DNA of 61,879 nucleotides, the filler included, from Hausera hauseri (lineage: Eukaryota): the NCBI GenBank assembly GCA_046269625.1. It is 11 parts of 11 records of this genome, joined end to end, with 100 filler letters (N's around TTAATTAATTAA, not from the genome) between each part and the next. Parts side by side here need not be neighbours in the genome. Positions count along the whole stretch, not along the records: positions 19,907 to 24,968 come from JBJURY010348157.1; positions 25,069 to 30,481 come from JBJURY010259955.1; positions 30,582 to 35,236 come from JBJURY010488131.1; positions 35,337 to 41,252 come from JBJURY010168863.1; 7 more parts are not named here. The stretch is one strand, 5' to 3'. Both the position numbers and the translations under genes were made by a program. Position 1 is the first letter of the stretch; every line of letters begins with the position of its first letter. Below, piece by piece: positions 23,236 to 36,630 of this stretch. The notes under the pieces were generated by a model. It did no database searches. It was not told where the DNA came from and saw only the letters and a list, made by a program, of their open reading frames with translations.

Positions 23236-24810
23236 ATAGCATTACAATGCTGTTCCTTGTAAATAAAACTAAAATGTCAGAATTTTTAATAATCAGAAAA
23301 ACTTTCACTTATGATTAGAATGTTAGTAAAATACTATTGTCAAAAACATTGATTGAAGAAAAAGTATTGTAACACGCTTTATAATTAAGGGCATAGTTAT
23401 AGTAACATCAAATTAGCCTGTTAGAAAATCACATACGAAGCTAATGTGAACACCAAAATGACAATAAAAGGCCTACGCAAAAGTTTGTCATCGTTATTAG
23501 TTCCGAAAAGGTTTATGAAATGAACTTTACGAAGCTGATGCATTAGAATTTTATAGAAAACATTATTCAAACTGTTAATACCTTCGAGGCGACATTGTCC
23601 ACCGTCAGCACATTACTCATGTTAATAATGCCATATCGCCTCTAACATATTAACACAACAATTATGTTGAACATCTGTCGATTGCATCGTTTTGTTTGCT
23701 TGGTTCATTCAAACATATCAACAGTCAGCTACTTCATTCGAGACTTGTACGATTGATAAAAAATCACTTGTTACGATTAATTATGATTATTGTTCTACTG
23801 GGTAAATATAGGTCCGTCGAGCTTAACGGTTCATTAACTAAGTAACCCACCTCTAGCATGTTTATTTCTGCCAATACAGAATAGTTACTATTATTTGTTA
23901 TCGATTATTATTTATGAATTTCTATATTCCATGTATTTTGTTGAACATCAGTTGGTCCTTGCGGTTGATTGAATTTCTCGGGACAATTTACTCGAGTTTG
24001 TTTATTTCGTTGGTCGTTTTTTTCGTATTTGTCTACGAAACATCTGTCGCTAATTGTAATTTTTGGGCATATATACACGAATGAATTTTATTCCATTCAT
24101 TCCATTCGTTTTTGTACTTACCCAATCAGTATTTTGGATTGCCTTCGCATTTCCAATGGATATACTCGACTCCAACAAAAAGTCGAGTCTTTTAAATTAG
24201 GGTTATTTTGCAATTTCGTGAGGGCCAGAAATTACGATGAGTAATTTTGTTAATTTCCTTCTTTATTATACTTAACTGGCATTAATCTCTTCTTTGTTTT
24301 CATTTTTTGTTTTTGTTTGTGCTTAAAATAGTTTTGCAAGATGTTTGAATGATCAATTATAGACCGCTCTGTGAGCAGCTATAAAAATTATTTGTGCTTA
24401 CAAAATAATCTTACAAGTGGTTGCTAAACTCTGGCTAAATTTTGTCGAGCCCGTAGCTTATTTTTTATTTTATTATTCTGTCGTGATTCCCGGCGATTGG
24501 AGCGCAAATTGTGTTTATGACCAACAACTATATCTGTTTCCAAAGGGCGTTGATTTGAAAAAACAGTTACTTTAAAGCTAAATCTGGTATAAGTTAATAC
24601 TTACTACAACTATTAATAAAATAAATAAAACGGTAATATCCATAAATAAATAAATAAACAAAATAAATTAATTTCCGACCCAATATTAATTTAAGAGAAT
24701 TTTTAGAGGAATAACCAACAATTACATCAGATTATTAGAGTTCCAGTAAGTTAACAATGCAAAATTCAATATTTTATGGAACCACACATGTATATATAAT
24801 GTTTTCTATG

Positions 24811-24968
24811 TACAGGGTGAAACAGAAAAACGGCAACCTTTGGAAAACCCAATAAAAATAGAAATACGAAAAAAAAATCATTGACAGCAATTGAACTACT
24901 ACAAGTTGTCTTTTAAGAAACAGTAATCCAAATTATCAATGTTTGAAAATTTCGTCCTGTAGATGACG
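24811..24968. mobile_element. Terminus of a Tc1/mariner-type element (TA-CAGGGTG...), possibly rosa/DD41D-like
   Basis: TACAGGGTGAAACAGAAAAACGGCAACCTTTGGAAAACCC is a typical TIR start after a TA target. The subfamily call is from memory only. Confidence 0.5.
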
Positions 24969-25068
24969 NNNNNNNNNNNNNNNNNNNNNNNNNNNNNNNN
25001 NNNNNNNNNNNNTTAATTAATTAANNNNNNNNNNNNNNNNNNNNNNNNNNNNNNNNNNNNNNNNNNNN

Positions 25069-27687
25069 AGTAAACATAAACGTTAAAATGTAGTACAGCT
25101 GCTTTTCCGGCTAACGTTTCTAACTCCGTGACTGAATAATTTTTCTCTACTTTATTTAGTGATCGTCTTCCGTAAGCGATTGGGTTCTCTAATTCCTCAT
25201 CATCTCGTTTTTGGGCTAATTCATCTCCAGTGCCTTCCTTGCTGGTGTCCGTTTTAATTATAAGTGGCAAAATAAAATCAGGATATCTCAAAACTGGTTC
25301 ACTAGTTAAAATGTTCTTCATTTCGTCGCAGGCTTTTTGTTCGACATCTGCCCATTTTCACTTAATTGTCATTCTAAGTAAACGATACAATGGTGCATTT
25401 ATGTTCGAATTATTTGGCACGTACGTGACGTAATATCCGCACAATCCTAACCAGTCTCAATTTTTTTTGGTTCATATGGTTCCATACAATTTGATATTTT
25501 GTTTAACAATGATTTATCAGCTTTCGATCCTCCTTCTCCAACTATTTCCAAGAAAGGACACTGCATTTTGAGTCCATTTACATTTCGGTTTCAACTTCAA
25601 TCCTGCTTGTTCTAATCTCATGAATGCATCTTCGATATCTTTCAAATGCTCTTCTTCTGTCCTTGAAGCGATCACTACGTCATCTAAATATGCAAATGCA
25701 TGTTCTAATTCCATCAGCATTTTATTCATCATTCGAATGAAAATGGATGATCCGGTTGTGACACCAAATAACATGACATTGAATTCGTACACACCATCGT
25801 GACTTTTAAATGCTGTCTTGTAATGGTCTTCGTCTTCTATTTCTACTCGCCAATATCCAGATTGTAGATCTAAAGTGGTAAACCATTTTGCTCCAGAGAG
25901 CATCTAAAGCTTCTTACACAAATGGTAATGGAAGTCTTTCGTCATTAGGGTATTCGGTGCTCTGTAATCGATACAAAATTGATGCTTTGTGCAACCTTTC
26001 TTTTTAGCAATAAGTATAGGTGAATACCATGATCTATAGCTTGATCGAATTATATCGGCTTTGAACATACGTTCGACTTTTGTTATTTCAGGCCTTAATG
26101 AATGTGGCAGAGGATACCATTTTGGCATCTTTTGATCTTCAAGATTAATCTCAGTTTGAAACAGGCATTTTCTTAAGTGGGGTTGTTAATCTGAGAGCTT
26201 TAGTTTTACCAATATCTTCATCTTTAGAAGTACTTGATTTATAACGTAAAGATCATAGAAGGGACAATAAGATTCAGTAGAAAATGAATTCTCAACATGA
26301 GTCTGAGGTCTTTCTTCTATAGTTATTGATGACACTTTATAAGTATGACCCAAAGTAGTATTAGCGTATAGTTTAAGTGGATTTGGCGCATTATTAACTA
26401 ATCTGATTTGCACGCAACCTGAAGATACTCTCGTTAATACATTACTGAGTACAATGCTTGGATTCAACGTTTCTTTTGGTTCGAAATCCACTAGCTGATC
26501 GTTGTCTTGACGAATTGGTGCATAAATCAGCATATCTGTACTGGGTGGAATCCATACCTCTCCAGATTTTCTATCCTTAGTGGTTGTAACTCCTTTTATT
26601 GGTCCAAGTTCTATTAATTTACCAGCATGAAAATCTATTGCCACATTTGGTAATTGTCTTAGCAAATCACATCCTAAAATTACATCGTCGGTTAACTGTT
26701 CCATTATTGAAAATTCATGATGAAACGATATTCCCATAATGCGAATTTCGAGATTCCATCTATATTTACATCTCAGTGACTGTCCGAACGCTTTAACAGT
26801 TCCTAGATCCGCTGCTGGTGGTGGATATACTTGTTTTCTCAAAACGTGAGGTATCGCGTCTTATTTGATCAGCGGTATTTCGGATCCTGTATCTACCAAT
26901 GCATAAACTTCCCAATCTTCAATATGAATTTTAGCGAAGGGTCTTCATTAAATTATTGAGCCATAATCTGGTGCAACCTTAGGGTGCTTAATCACTGATA
27001 CTTTATGTCCATTAATCCTGATTTCTGGAACTGTAAATGGTTGATCAATTAGTTGTCTTAATTCTTCATTTGGATATAATTCGTTATTTATGCAATCGAC
27101 AATTTCTGTTTCTTGACTTCTAATTACTGTTCGTGGTTTTTGGCTTTTTAAAGTTTTCATTCCTCGGTCTCTTAAGAATTCGGTCTGGTTTCATTGACTC
27201 TAGGTATTCTTGGAGAATATAGTATTCTATGATAATCAACTGATTGGCGTCTGTAGGGTTCAGACGTACTCCTTACTTCATGCACTTTCCGTAATAGTCC
27301 AGTGTTCCGTTCCTTTAGAAGGGTCCTCGACGTTAAGTGCTTTTCTATAGATTTCTGCTTGATATGACCTCATTGATCGTTTGTCGCAATCTTCATCTTC
27401 TGGTGCAGTAGGAGGTAACATGGCCAACGGCAGTTTTATGACGAATATGCTGTATATCTGTTTATTCTGGAGATAGCGTCTCCTCCCTTAGGCTCGTCAT
27501 CATCTGAATGATTTCTTCGTGATTTCGGATTGATGAATTTTTGTCCATAATTGAAGGTCAATCTTTTGCATCGTTTACGATTATGGTAACCAACATGTTC
27601 TACATCAGTTTTCCATCTACTTTCTTCATAAGCTTATAAGAATTTACCAAATGGGGTTATGATTGCAGTTAAAATCTTACAATGAAT
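25069..27687 (-). mobile_element. Glycoprotein-polyprotein gypsy copy B (glycoprotein tail, linker, PR, RT, RNase H), diverged subfamily
   Basis: CKILTAIITPFGKFL.AYEESRWKTDVE at ~27600-27685, VYALVDTGSEI at ~26880-26910, ORF 26186-26842, YLDD in 25517-25903, and IKTDTSKEG in 25013-25321. Confidence 0.9.
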
Positions 27688-27689
27688 TA

Positions 27690-28450
27690 ACAAAAACCCA
27701 AATACTTCAGAGAGCGATTTAGCAAAAAAAAACATGCAATAACACATCAAATGGTAAGCACATCAAGAAAAGGAATGGAATTAAGTCTTTTAAGGTTCAA
27801 AAATGCCAGATAGTGATGAAGAAAAGCTTCTCTGTATCCGTAGAAGGGCACGAAAGCTTTATGATGATTATTTAAACAAGTGAAACAGTTATTTAATAAT
27901 CGATGATGAAACTTATGCCAAAGCAAGCTTTGTGCAATTTCCAGGACAGCAGTACTATAATACGGAAGCAAAAGGAGTTGTAGACGCAAAATTTAAATGT
28001 CAAAAGCATACTAAATTCCCGAAAAGATTCTGGTTTGGCAAGCCATTTGTACTTGTGGAAAGCGTAGCGCATCGGTCATCACTACTGGAACAGTAAATTC
28101 GAAAATGTACATCGATGACTGCATGAAAGCAAGACTTTTACCTTTCGTCAAAGCGCATAAAGGATTTGGCCTCATCTTATCACTCCAAGATGGCTTTGGA
28201 TTGGTTTGAGACAAACAAAATCAATTTGGTACGAAAAGAGGCAAATCCACCAAATTGTCCATAATTTCGGCCAATCGAAAAGTATTGGGCAATGATTATA
28301 AGAGAAATAAAGAAGACTAAAGTGGAAGCAGAAAACCTAAAAAGGTTTCACAAAATTGTGGAATAAAGCCTCTGAAAATTTGTAGAAAAGAGCTGTGCAA
28401 AGCTTAATAGCGAGTGTTAACCGTCGAGTACGGACTTTTTTGCGAGTAGG
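27690..28450 (+). mobile_element. Tc1/mariner transposase relic (DD37E/ITm-like) abutting copy B
   Basis: IIDDETYAK, ILVWQAICTCGKRS, MYIDDCMKARLLPFV and ANPPNCP*FRPIEKYWA. Confidence 0.8.
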
Positions 28451-29055
28451 AGAATTTTGAATTGTTGCTGCAGGATTAATTAACTTTTGTTTGATGCGTA
28501 ACACATGTATTTTATGGTTTACTAGCTATTAATAAAATGAATTTTTAGTTGTGAAAATTTTGCATTTTCCGCTCTTTATAATTATTTCATGAAATGAAAA
28601 TAATTAAATTTAAACATTCAAATAATCACATTTCCTTGATAGCACATTGCGCAGTTTTTTATTTAGAAAAATATGGTTATTCAAGGAATACCCGATTACA
28701 GTTTATCTTGTATATCAAATGAAACGAGACTCTTTCCAAAAGGTACCTACCGATTTAGCATTCCAATTGAAACTAAAGAAAAGTTATCCAATTATTCAAT
28801 CTCTTTTTGGAGCAAATTTTATTGCTTTTCATTTACTCGGAAGTCAAAGCATTACTCCTTTTACTGCAAAATTTAATTTATTTTATCCGGCTATTGCTGT
28901 ATCATGTGCAGAAATAATTATGCTTTTTGTTTTAATAATATAAAAATTTGTAAACTAGTTTGAATTGCAATTGTTTATTGTTAATTGGCCATTATTTGCT
29001 ATAAATTTCGAATTGAATTTGTTTCACTATTTTCAAATTTTGTGCTTTGCAAGAA

Positions 29056-30481
29056 ATGACTGGCGATAACAATACGCTTTTCCAACAGAATTCTAATGTG
29101 GGTTCTTTCAAGGAGAATGAAAAATACGGTAATGGTGAGAATTTTAAGCCAAATAAACAAAATCATAAAAAGTATTCAAATACCAAATGGTATAATGGAG
29201 TAGTGAATAATGGATACAGTAGAAATGACAATTCCGGATTTGCTTATAATAAACCCACTTGGGAAAAGACAAATTATTTCTATTGTCAACGATCGAATAA
29301 TTATCCAAGCCCGTAACTTCTGCCGAATCACCGAAATTTTCAAAGCAGAGGACGTAATTATTATTATAGTGAATCCAAATCATGGAACCAAAGCAGATTT
29401 CCAAATCAAAGTTTTCGGTATTATCCATCTAATAAATATGCTTCGAAATCATCAAATAACTACCGAAATAATGTTGATTTTTCAACAAGTGTTGCAAACA
29501 AATTTTCTTCTAATAATGTCATAACAGAATGAGTATTACGGTAATAACCGTGGATGTAAATCTCGATCTAACCAAAATTATGAACGAACTCAACAGAACG
29601 ATGCGAAAGAATCACAAATTGAGAGTACAGAAAATCTTGGTGAACGAGAATGTCTCATTAAACAATTGGATGAAGAGTTACGAATGTATGATTTGCGTTA
29701 TTTCGGTAAAATGTAATGCAGCGACATGGACGTGCGATAATTGTTATAAAATCTTTAATTTAACATGTATAAAGAGATTGGCGAAATCCTCTACGTATCC
29801 GGAGGAAAACCAAAGTGAGTGGCGCTGTCCAGCATGTCGAGGAAAACACGACAAAAAACCAGATAGTCTTTCATACGTTCGTTCCTGTGGCAAACAAACA
29901 AATCCCGATTGTCGGAATTGGTTAACACCGCACAGTTGTGGCGACATTTGTGGACATAAGAACAAATGAAACGAGTTTTGTCCTCATTCATGCAATGAAC
30001 CGTGTCATCCTGGTCCATGTCCCACGTGTCAGGCCAGTGTCATTTGAGATTGTCATTGTGGGAAAACGAAAATAACCACTCGTTGTAATGCTGATTTGTC
30101 GCAGTTGGTTTGTAATGCAATGTGCAATAAATTTCTACAATTCGGTATCCATTCATATCAGCGATTGTGTCACGAAGGACACTGTGGTAATTGCTAAGTT
30201 GAGTTGAAACAGACGTGCTGGTGTTCACGAGCAAATAAAAAAATAGTTTTGTGTGGTACAGAAGAAACATCAAAAAAAGGGTTTTGTTATGGAGAGTTGT
30301 GTGGACGATCAAAGGATTGTGACAGACATTTATGCAACAAAGTGTGTCATATTAAACGATGTAGTCATTGTGATTTGATACCGGACAAGATAATGAAGTG
30401 TTGTTGCGGTAAAAGAAGTGTTGAGGAACTTGGTATTCGTCGAGAATCTTGTGAAGAACCATGACCGTGTTGTGGAGATGT
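29056..30481 (+). pseudogene. NFX1: NFX1 (shuttle craft-like) zinc-finger gene, disrupted
   Basis: N/R/Y-rich N-terminus; RING/PHD ECMIC...WTCDNCYKIFNLTCIK...QSEWRCPAC; NF-X1 fingers PHSCGDICG, CPHSCNEPCHPGPCPTC and CDRHLCNKVCH. Many stops and frameshifts. Confidence 0.88.
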
Positions 30482-30895
30482 NNNNNNNNNNNNNNNNNNN
30501 NNNNNNNNNNNNNNNNNNNNNNNNNTTAATTAATTAANNNNNNNNNNNNNNNNNNNNNNNNNNNNNNNNNNNNNNNNNNNNAAAGAAGTTAAATTGCATA
30601 TCTTCTACAAAGCAGATTCGAGATATTTATGGACCTTCGAATAGGAGAAGATCTAGAGATTATTCTCATAAAGTCTCGCCAAAGAAATCAGTAAAATACA
30701 ACGGAAAAAGGCCAAAAGGATGCATTCAACAAAATTGTCCCAATCTCCTAATTCCAAATTGCGAAATCAACATTATTTCTTAATTAAAAGAATTGTATGT
30801 ATGGAATTGAATAGTAAATTATATGGAAACCATACTGGTATTATTTTGATTATATTTCAATTTACCTGTCAAAGCCAAAGTCAGATATTTCGTTA

Positions 30896-31567
30896 GTGAC
30901 ACGTTCTTTGGAGTTCAACGATAAATATGTTTTAACATTCGTGATTTCCAGCATAGTCAAAAAGTTGAAAAGGTGTACTACTAATGCGGCAAAACTATAT
31001 AAAAATATTACGAACATAACACATAACCGAGTTTCAGATGGCAAATACTCTTTAAAGTCCTCAAAGAAATGTGTCAAAAATCTGACCAAGCAGGTAGAAA
31101 ATAAAACCTATTCTATATCATTCAGTAAAGGAGATAGTCAAGACATAATTGTAGGAGGTCCAAACAAGAAGATTGTCACAACGAAGATTGGTACGTGGAA
31201 AAGGAAGAAAGATGTTAACAACCCAAATCCGAGTTCTTCACACTCTGTTCAAATTGTTGGTTGTAAAAGGAGACTCCTATTGATGAATTTTTTCGGTAAA
31301 GGACTAGAGAGGAAGAGGTTTGTAGTTGATAAGTTGTGTTATTATAAGAATATTATGAATTCTAGCTGTTGTTCCTTTTTCGTTCCTGTGGGTGTTGCTG
31401 GGTGCTGCGGTAGCCCTTTGTCTGCTAAAATCAGTGTGTCTGTCAATACGTCAATCTCTAACGGTGGAATCATTCCCCCTCGAAAAGGCACCGCGAGAAC
31501 AAAGGCCAAGTATGCATGGGAAGTTAAATTTAATGTGTTTTTATATGAATATACCTTGGATAAGTGA
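30896..31567 (+). CDS. Orphan basic 223-aa ORF upstream of copy C; function unknown
   Basis: Long open frame in AT-rich DNA on the same strand as copy C; no recognisable motif. Confidence 0.3.
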   Translation: MTRSLEFNDKYVLTFVISSIVKKLKRCTTNAAKLYKNITNITHNRVSDGKYSLKSSKKCVKNLTKQVENKTYSISFSKGDSQDIIVGGPNKKIVTTKIGTWKRKKDVNNPNPSSSHSVQIVGCKRRLLLMNFFGKGLERKRFVVDKLCYYKNIMNSSCCSFFVPVGVAGCCGSPLSAKISVSVNTSISNGGIIPPRKGTARTKAKYAWEVKFNVFLYEYTLDK

Positions 31568-31599
31568 CATTGGGGAATTATGGAGATATATAAATTGAA

Positions 31600-34500
31600 C
31601 TATATGATGTTAAAACCGAATTCAAGAAGAAACGGATGTGATCGAGAAGTGAGCGTTTATACGCACCGTGTTCTAACGGAAAAGGGGGAGGTCTCGCGGG
31701 TGACATACAGAATTCTACGATTAAAATGCGTTGTTTGATTCGGGATCCTTTAACGGGAAATAATAAGAATTCAAATGGGCCCAGGGAGGAAATGATAGAA
31801 GTTGCGTCAAGGGAAGAATTTAGTGACGGATTGGTGGGTTGTTTTAAAGGAGATATGCACAATATGTTCTACCATTTCATTATAAAATATCCACTTACGA
31901 ACGATTAGAAAATGTAATAAACGCGAAAGCAATGATAGATAACCAACTCAAATAATGGATTGAACTGTTATACAGATTGGTGGATTTAACGCAATATCGT
32001 GTAAGAAAATATTCAGAACGTCAACCAATATTAAAACAACAACTAAAAGAAATACTTTGTAATCTAGATGTTTAAAAAATAGAGGCAAAACTTCGAGTTG
32101 AATTTAATGCGTTATTGAGACTAATAATTATGAGTAACGACCAGGAAATGAAACTCACAGAAGAATTGTATACCATGATCGAAGAGATAAAATTATCAGC
32201 GAAACAAGAAAAGATCTCCCTATCGATGAGACTAAAAGTGCCCGCCTAGAAGGTGTACGACATTTGATAACAAGACCTATAGACGAAATATCCGTATGTG
32301 ATCCGTGACGTTGGATATTTGCCCGAATCATCGGAAGGCGTTAGAAGAAGTACTAAAATACCTACATCGCCCTTTTGAATGGAAATCAGATAACGACCAG
32401 AATGGTCACGCCGAATTAATAGAAATAACGAAAGATCATCGCCTCACACCAGACGAAGCTAAATTCGTAAAGAGACTGATTGAAGAAATAGACCTCGATT
32501 CGAAGACTATAAAAGAAATGCGCGAAATAATTTTACTACTATCGACAATGGCAGAAATAGATGACGATAAGATGCGACAATTGACTACCCGCGTTAAAGA
32601 TATAGAAGAATTGCGAATTCGTACAAAGCAAAGAGCTACAAAGCTAGATGAAATAGGCAAAGAATTGGAGACTTATAAGAATAAATATAAAACACGCAAT
32701 CAGAGTTAACGAATAAAAGAGAATTCATACAAAGATGGTTAACGGATGTGACGACCGAATTAACGGATTGTGAAAGAAAATGGCCATTTTCTACAGATGA
32801 ATTAGGACCGACATTAAAAACGATACAACTTGCGTGTGGAAATGGAACAGAGTTTCGAACTAACTTGATGAAGGAAATACAGCCAAGACTAAACGCAATC
32901 CGTGAAAATGCACGAAGCGCGCCTCTGGCATTGTTAGATTGTGGCCTTCCAGATGTTAGAGACGACTCAGGATGGGATGCTTATTTGGGAGATTTATACA
33001 ACCAAAACTCCAAGACGCCCATCCAACTTCAACCAATGGATACTCTTCCAATCGATCGACGATTTAATGTGGAAATGGTATTAAATCCCGCCGTAGCCGA
33101 GAGAGAATTAATTGAGCAGATTAACGTTGATATGACAGAGAGCAAATTGAGACAATTGATTCCTACATTGACAAAACTATCAAGCGAAAATACTGTTTAT
33201 TGCTCAGTACCCAGACTATTGATAAAGAAATACGCTGATTTCTTGAAAGCTAAACCTAAAGCGACGATTAAGGTAAAAATATCAGCTGAAGGTATGGAAG
33301 AAAAAGAAATTAAATGCACAACGATAACATCGGTTAGAGAAGTAAAACAATAGATAGCACAAAATGGTGGAAAAGATAAAGTATATTACTTATTATATTT
33401 CCAAGGTAGAATATTGGACGAACCCGAGCTACTAATAGATGTTGGAATTATTCCAGAAAAATCAAATCAAATAGTGGTCATAATTACTGATGAACAGACA
33501 AAAGACAAGGTTGTAAGAAGCACAATAGATGAACATTGCGTAGGAAGCATTATGGGAATCAAAAACCCTGTCATGTATTTTGACTACCTCCAAAGTGAGG
33601 AAGATAAGGAACAATAAGATAAGAATCTAGTACCGATAAGCGAAGTAATACCAACTGCGCCGAAACAGAAACGACCAGTTGGAAGGCTAAGAAAAATAAA
33701 AGATGATCTTGACCAGAGTGCAGTCCTGATACGCAAATTAAGGTAACTATCCATTCCCGAGATTAACTCCTATAGTGAAGAGTTAAACGAGTTGCTGAGA
33801 TACGTTATCAAAATAGTGAACTACTCAGGATCAAGAAACGAGATGTTAGATGAAAAAGAATAGGCAATCTAAGACGCAGCAAGGATAATGAAAACATTTC
33901 GGTTCAAAATAAACAAAAGTAACTTATCTGATGAAGTTTTAATCGAGAAAATTATGATAGAGAATACTAATGAAGAATTAAGGAAAGTAGTATTATACTT
34001 AGCAATTAAGATAAATCCCACAAAGGAAAACTAATTCAATAGAACCATTGGTCTGATCAGAAAAGCGGCTAGAAAGATACCTAGGGAAATAAATTGGTCA
34101 AAGCTATTGGATGACGAAGATAGAAACAAACCGACCACTAGGATTGAAAATGTGGTAAGAAATTTAATACCAACTAACTCAACGCGAGATAATGAATCAA
34201 ATTAAATGATTAGGCTGATAATGCTTATGATGCTAATAAAACAACTAGGCGCAATCACGGTATACGACTGCGATAAATTTAAGGTCGGACAAAGATATTC
34301 CTTAATGGATTTAGAATTATGCGAAGACGCCGGACGTCACAAGTTAGTAACCATTGAGAAAAATTATTTTCTATATCAGCAGCGCGAATTAATTGCCATA
34401 GACGGAATAGAATGCATATTGCGACGATTGCGAAGTATTTTCCACTGCAGAAACATGCACGGACACTCATCGATATTAAAACCCACGACTCCATGGATTT

Positions 34501-35236
34501 CTATGGATTTAGAACGACAACAATGTAAACAAGCTAAAGAAACCGGAAGATTGAGATAGGATGAGATGGAGTTAGAACCCCAACGAGGAAAAATAATTCG
34601 AGCATATAAAGTAGCAATTGGAAAACTAGACACGCACACCGGATACTGTAAAGGAGATGAATACGATACTGAAGAAGGAAAAGAAGCAGGAATAGTAGTA
34701 GTAGATTTCTATGAAACAAAAATGAGAAACCAAAATATGATGTTCCATAGTATTACGAAAACCTATACCGAAAACCAGAAGTGCCATATCCAAGATGGCG
34801 CCTGTACTTTCAGAAACTCGATAGTCATTTGGACTTCACCACCTATGAATGATTGTAACTTTATTAAAATAAGAGACAAATTTTAACAAACCACAGGAAA
34901 AAGGTATGTTGAGACAACCGACAATAATGCCAGGCCAAGGAAGGACGTCGCTGAGCACTCCACACCCACGATATTGATATCCGAGGATCACGGATTGAAA
35001 TTCATTAAGAAGCAAATGCTCTCTCGATGTAACGTAGTAATGTATGCCACTAATTTCGAAGCATTCTTTTTGGCAGAAGCTGCGATAACTACCTTCACAT
35101 TGGAAACACAAGACGTAAGAATAGAAGATTATTTAAAGAATAGAGATGACTTCTATTATAAAGGGCAAATTGGATTAGCAGAATTATATCACAAAATGAT
35201 TGCAAACGATTGTAAATTGGATATGGAAATCATGAG
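31600..35236 (+). mobile_element. Glycoprotein-polyprotein gypsy copy C (N-terminal region, UBL, AT-hook-like motif, glycoprotein N-half), diverged subfamily
   Basis: ORFs 32305-32709, 32748-33353, 33414-33617, 34206-34559 (MLMMLIKQLGAITVYDCDKF), 34566-34886 and 34974-35236 are collinear with copies A and D. Confidence 0.9.
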
Positions 35237-36398
35237 NNNNNNNNNNNNNNNNNNNNNNNNNNNNNNNNNNNNNNNNNNNNTTAATTAATTAANNNNNNNN
35301 NNNNNNNNNNNNNNNNNNNNNNNNNNNNNNNNNNNNAAATCCATTTAACAAACGAAACGCAAAACATTTAATACCGTTCGTTTTACAATATTCAGATAAC
35401 GTACCAAAGTTAGCTCACAATCTGCTTTCATTTATAAATTTTTAGAATGGAATAATCAAGTCTAATTCCACGAGTTTTTTATGAAATTCTTATAATGTTG
35501 GGTAGCTAAGAATGCATTGAACATGATACACAATGGATAAACGTACTCATGCTAATTGTGAGAATAAAGTGGAAAAAGCTAATTGAATTTTTAAGAGCTC
35601 TTGACTTTCTACTACTTACTAATCACACCCGAACGTACATAGTAAATGTATAAGTTAGTTAGCAGTCAAATGATATTAGCATCTAAATGTCTTGAATTGA
35701 CAGTAAATTTAGTTAATTCAATTAAGTCATTAAAGTTCTAAGCCGTATAATAATATACCAAGATATAATGCTAACGATGGAAATAGAGTCATTTAGTAAA
35801 TACTCAAGTCTAATGTGAATAATTTTAAAAGAAAATTTTCTAACTAAAAATTCCAAAAAAAACGAAAACAATAACCCGCTAGACATAATCACATACAGCT
35901 TGGTTTCCGCTGTGGCCACAATTGTTTTTAAAGTTAATTTCGTACTTAACCATATGTGATTGGTTTCAATCATTACATTAGCGTGATTCGTCATTTTCTA
36001 TCTGTGTGTATGAGGCATCTGATAAACGTACCAATCCAATTTTACCAGTACAATTGTGGATAATATTGATTAAATCAAACCAAGGTAATCAGTGTGTAGT
36101 TTAGACGTTATCATATTGTTTCTGTCACTTTCAGAAATAATTAAAAATTGAAAGCATTTGTAGAATGATTATATAAATGACTTGAGTATTGTATGAGTAA
36201 ATAGACTTAAATATTTAAAACGTAATTTAGTTTTCAACTTAATAATTATTCAGTGTTCCTTATTGGAAACCGACACGTTATTCTAGTGTTTATCTTTGTA
36301 ATTTGATATCCATAAAGACGAATTAATCTTTAATATTTAATTTTCATTAGTCTCGATAATGTATAAACATTGCCTAAAGTGAAATTGTGATTTGTAGA

Positions 36399-36630
36399 CT
36401 TTGACAATATTGTCCAACGATGGTGATAATGATAATTCTCAACTTTCGAAAGATAACAACACAGCACAACGAGTATATAAAACAGCTCGACGTCGAAGTC
36501 TATCCGGCAGTGCTCTTCCACCGAAACCGACGAGTAAAAAATTGATATTTGGATTCAAAAACACAAAAGTCATATCGAGTAATTCCGGTCAATCGAATTT
36601 ACAAAAATTTGATAGTAGCGGACGACGAAG
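36399..36630 (+). other. Candidate host-gene exon (unidentified, low complexity S/R/K-rich)
   Basis: Open frame (ARRRSLSGSALPPKP) bounded by TTTGTAG and AG|GTATCA, and more GC-rich than its flanks. Confidence 0.3.
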
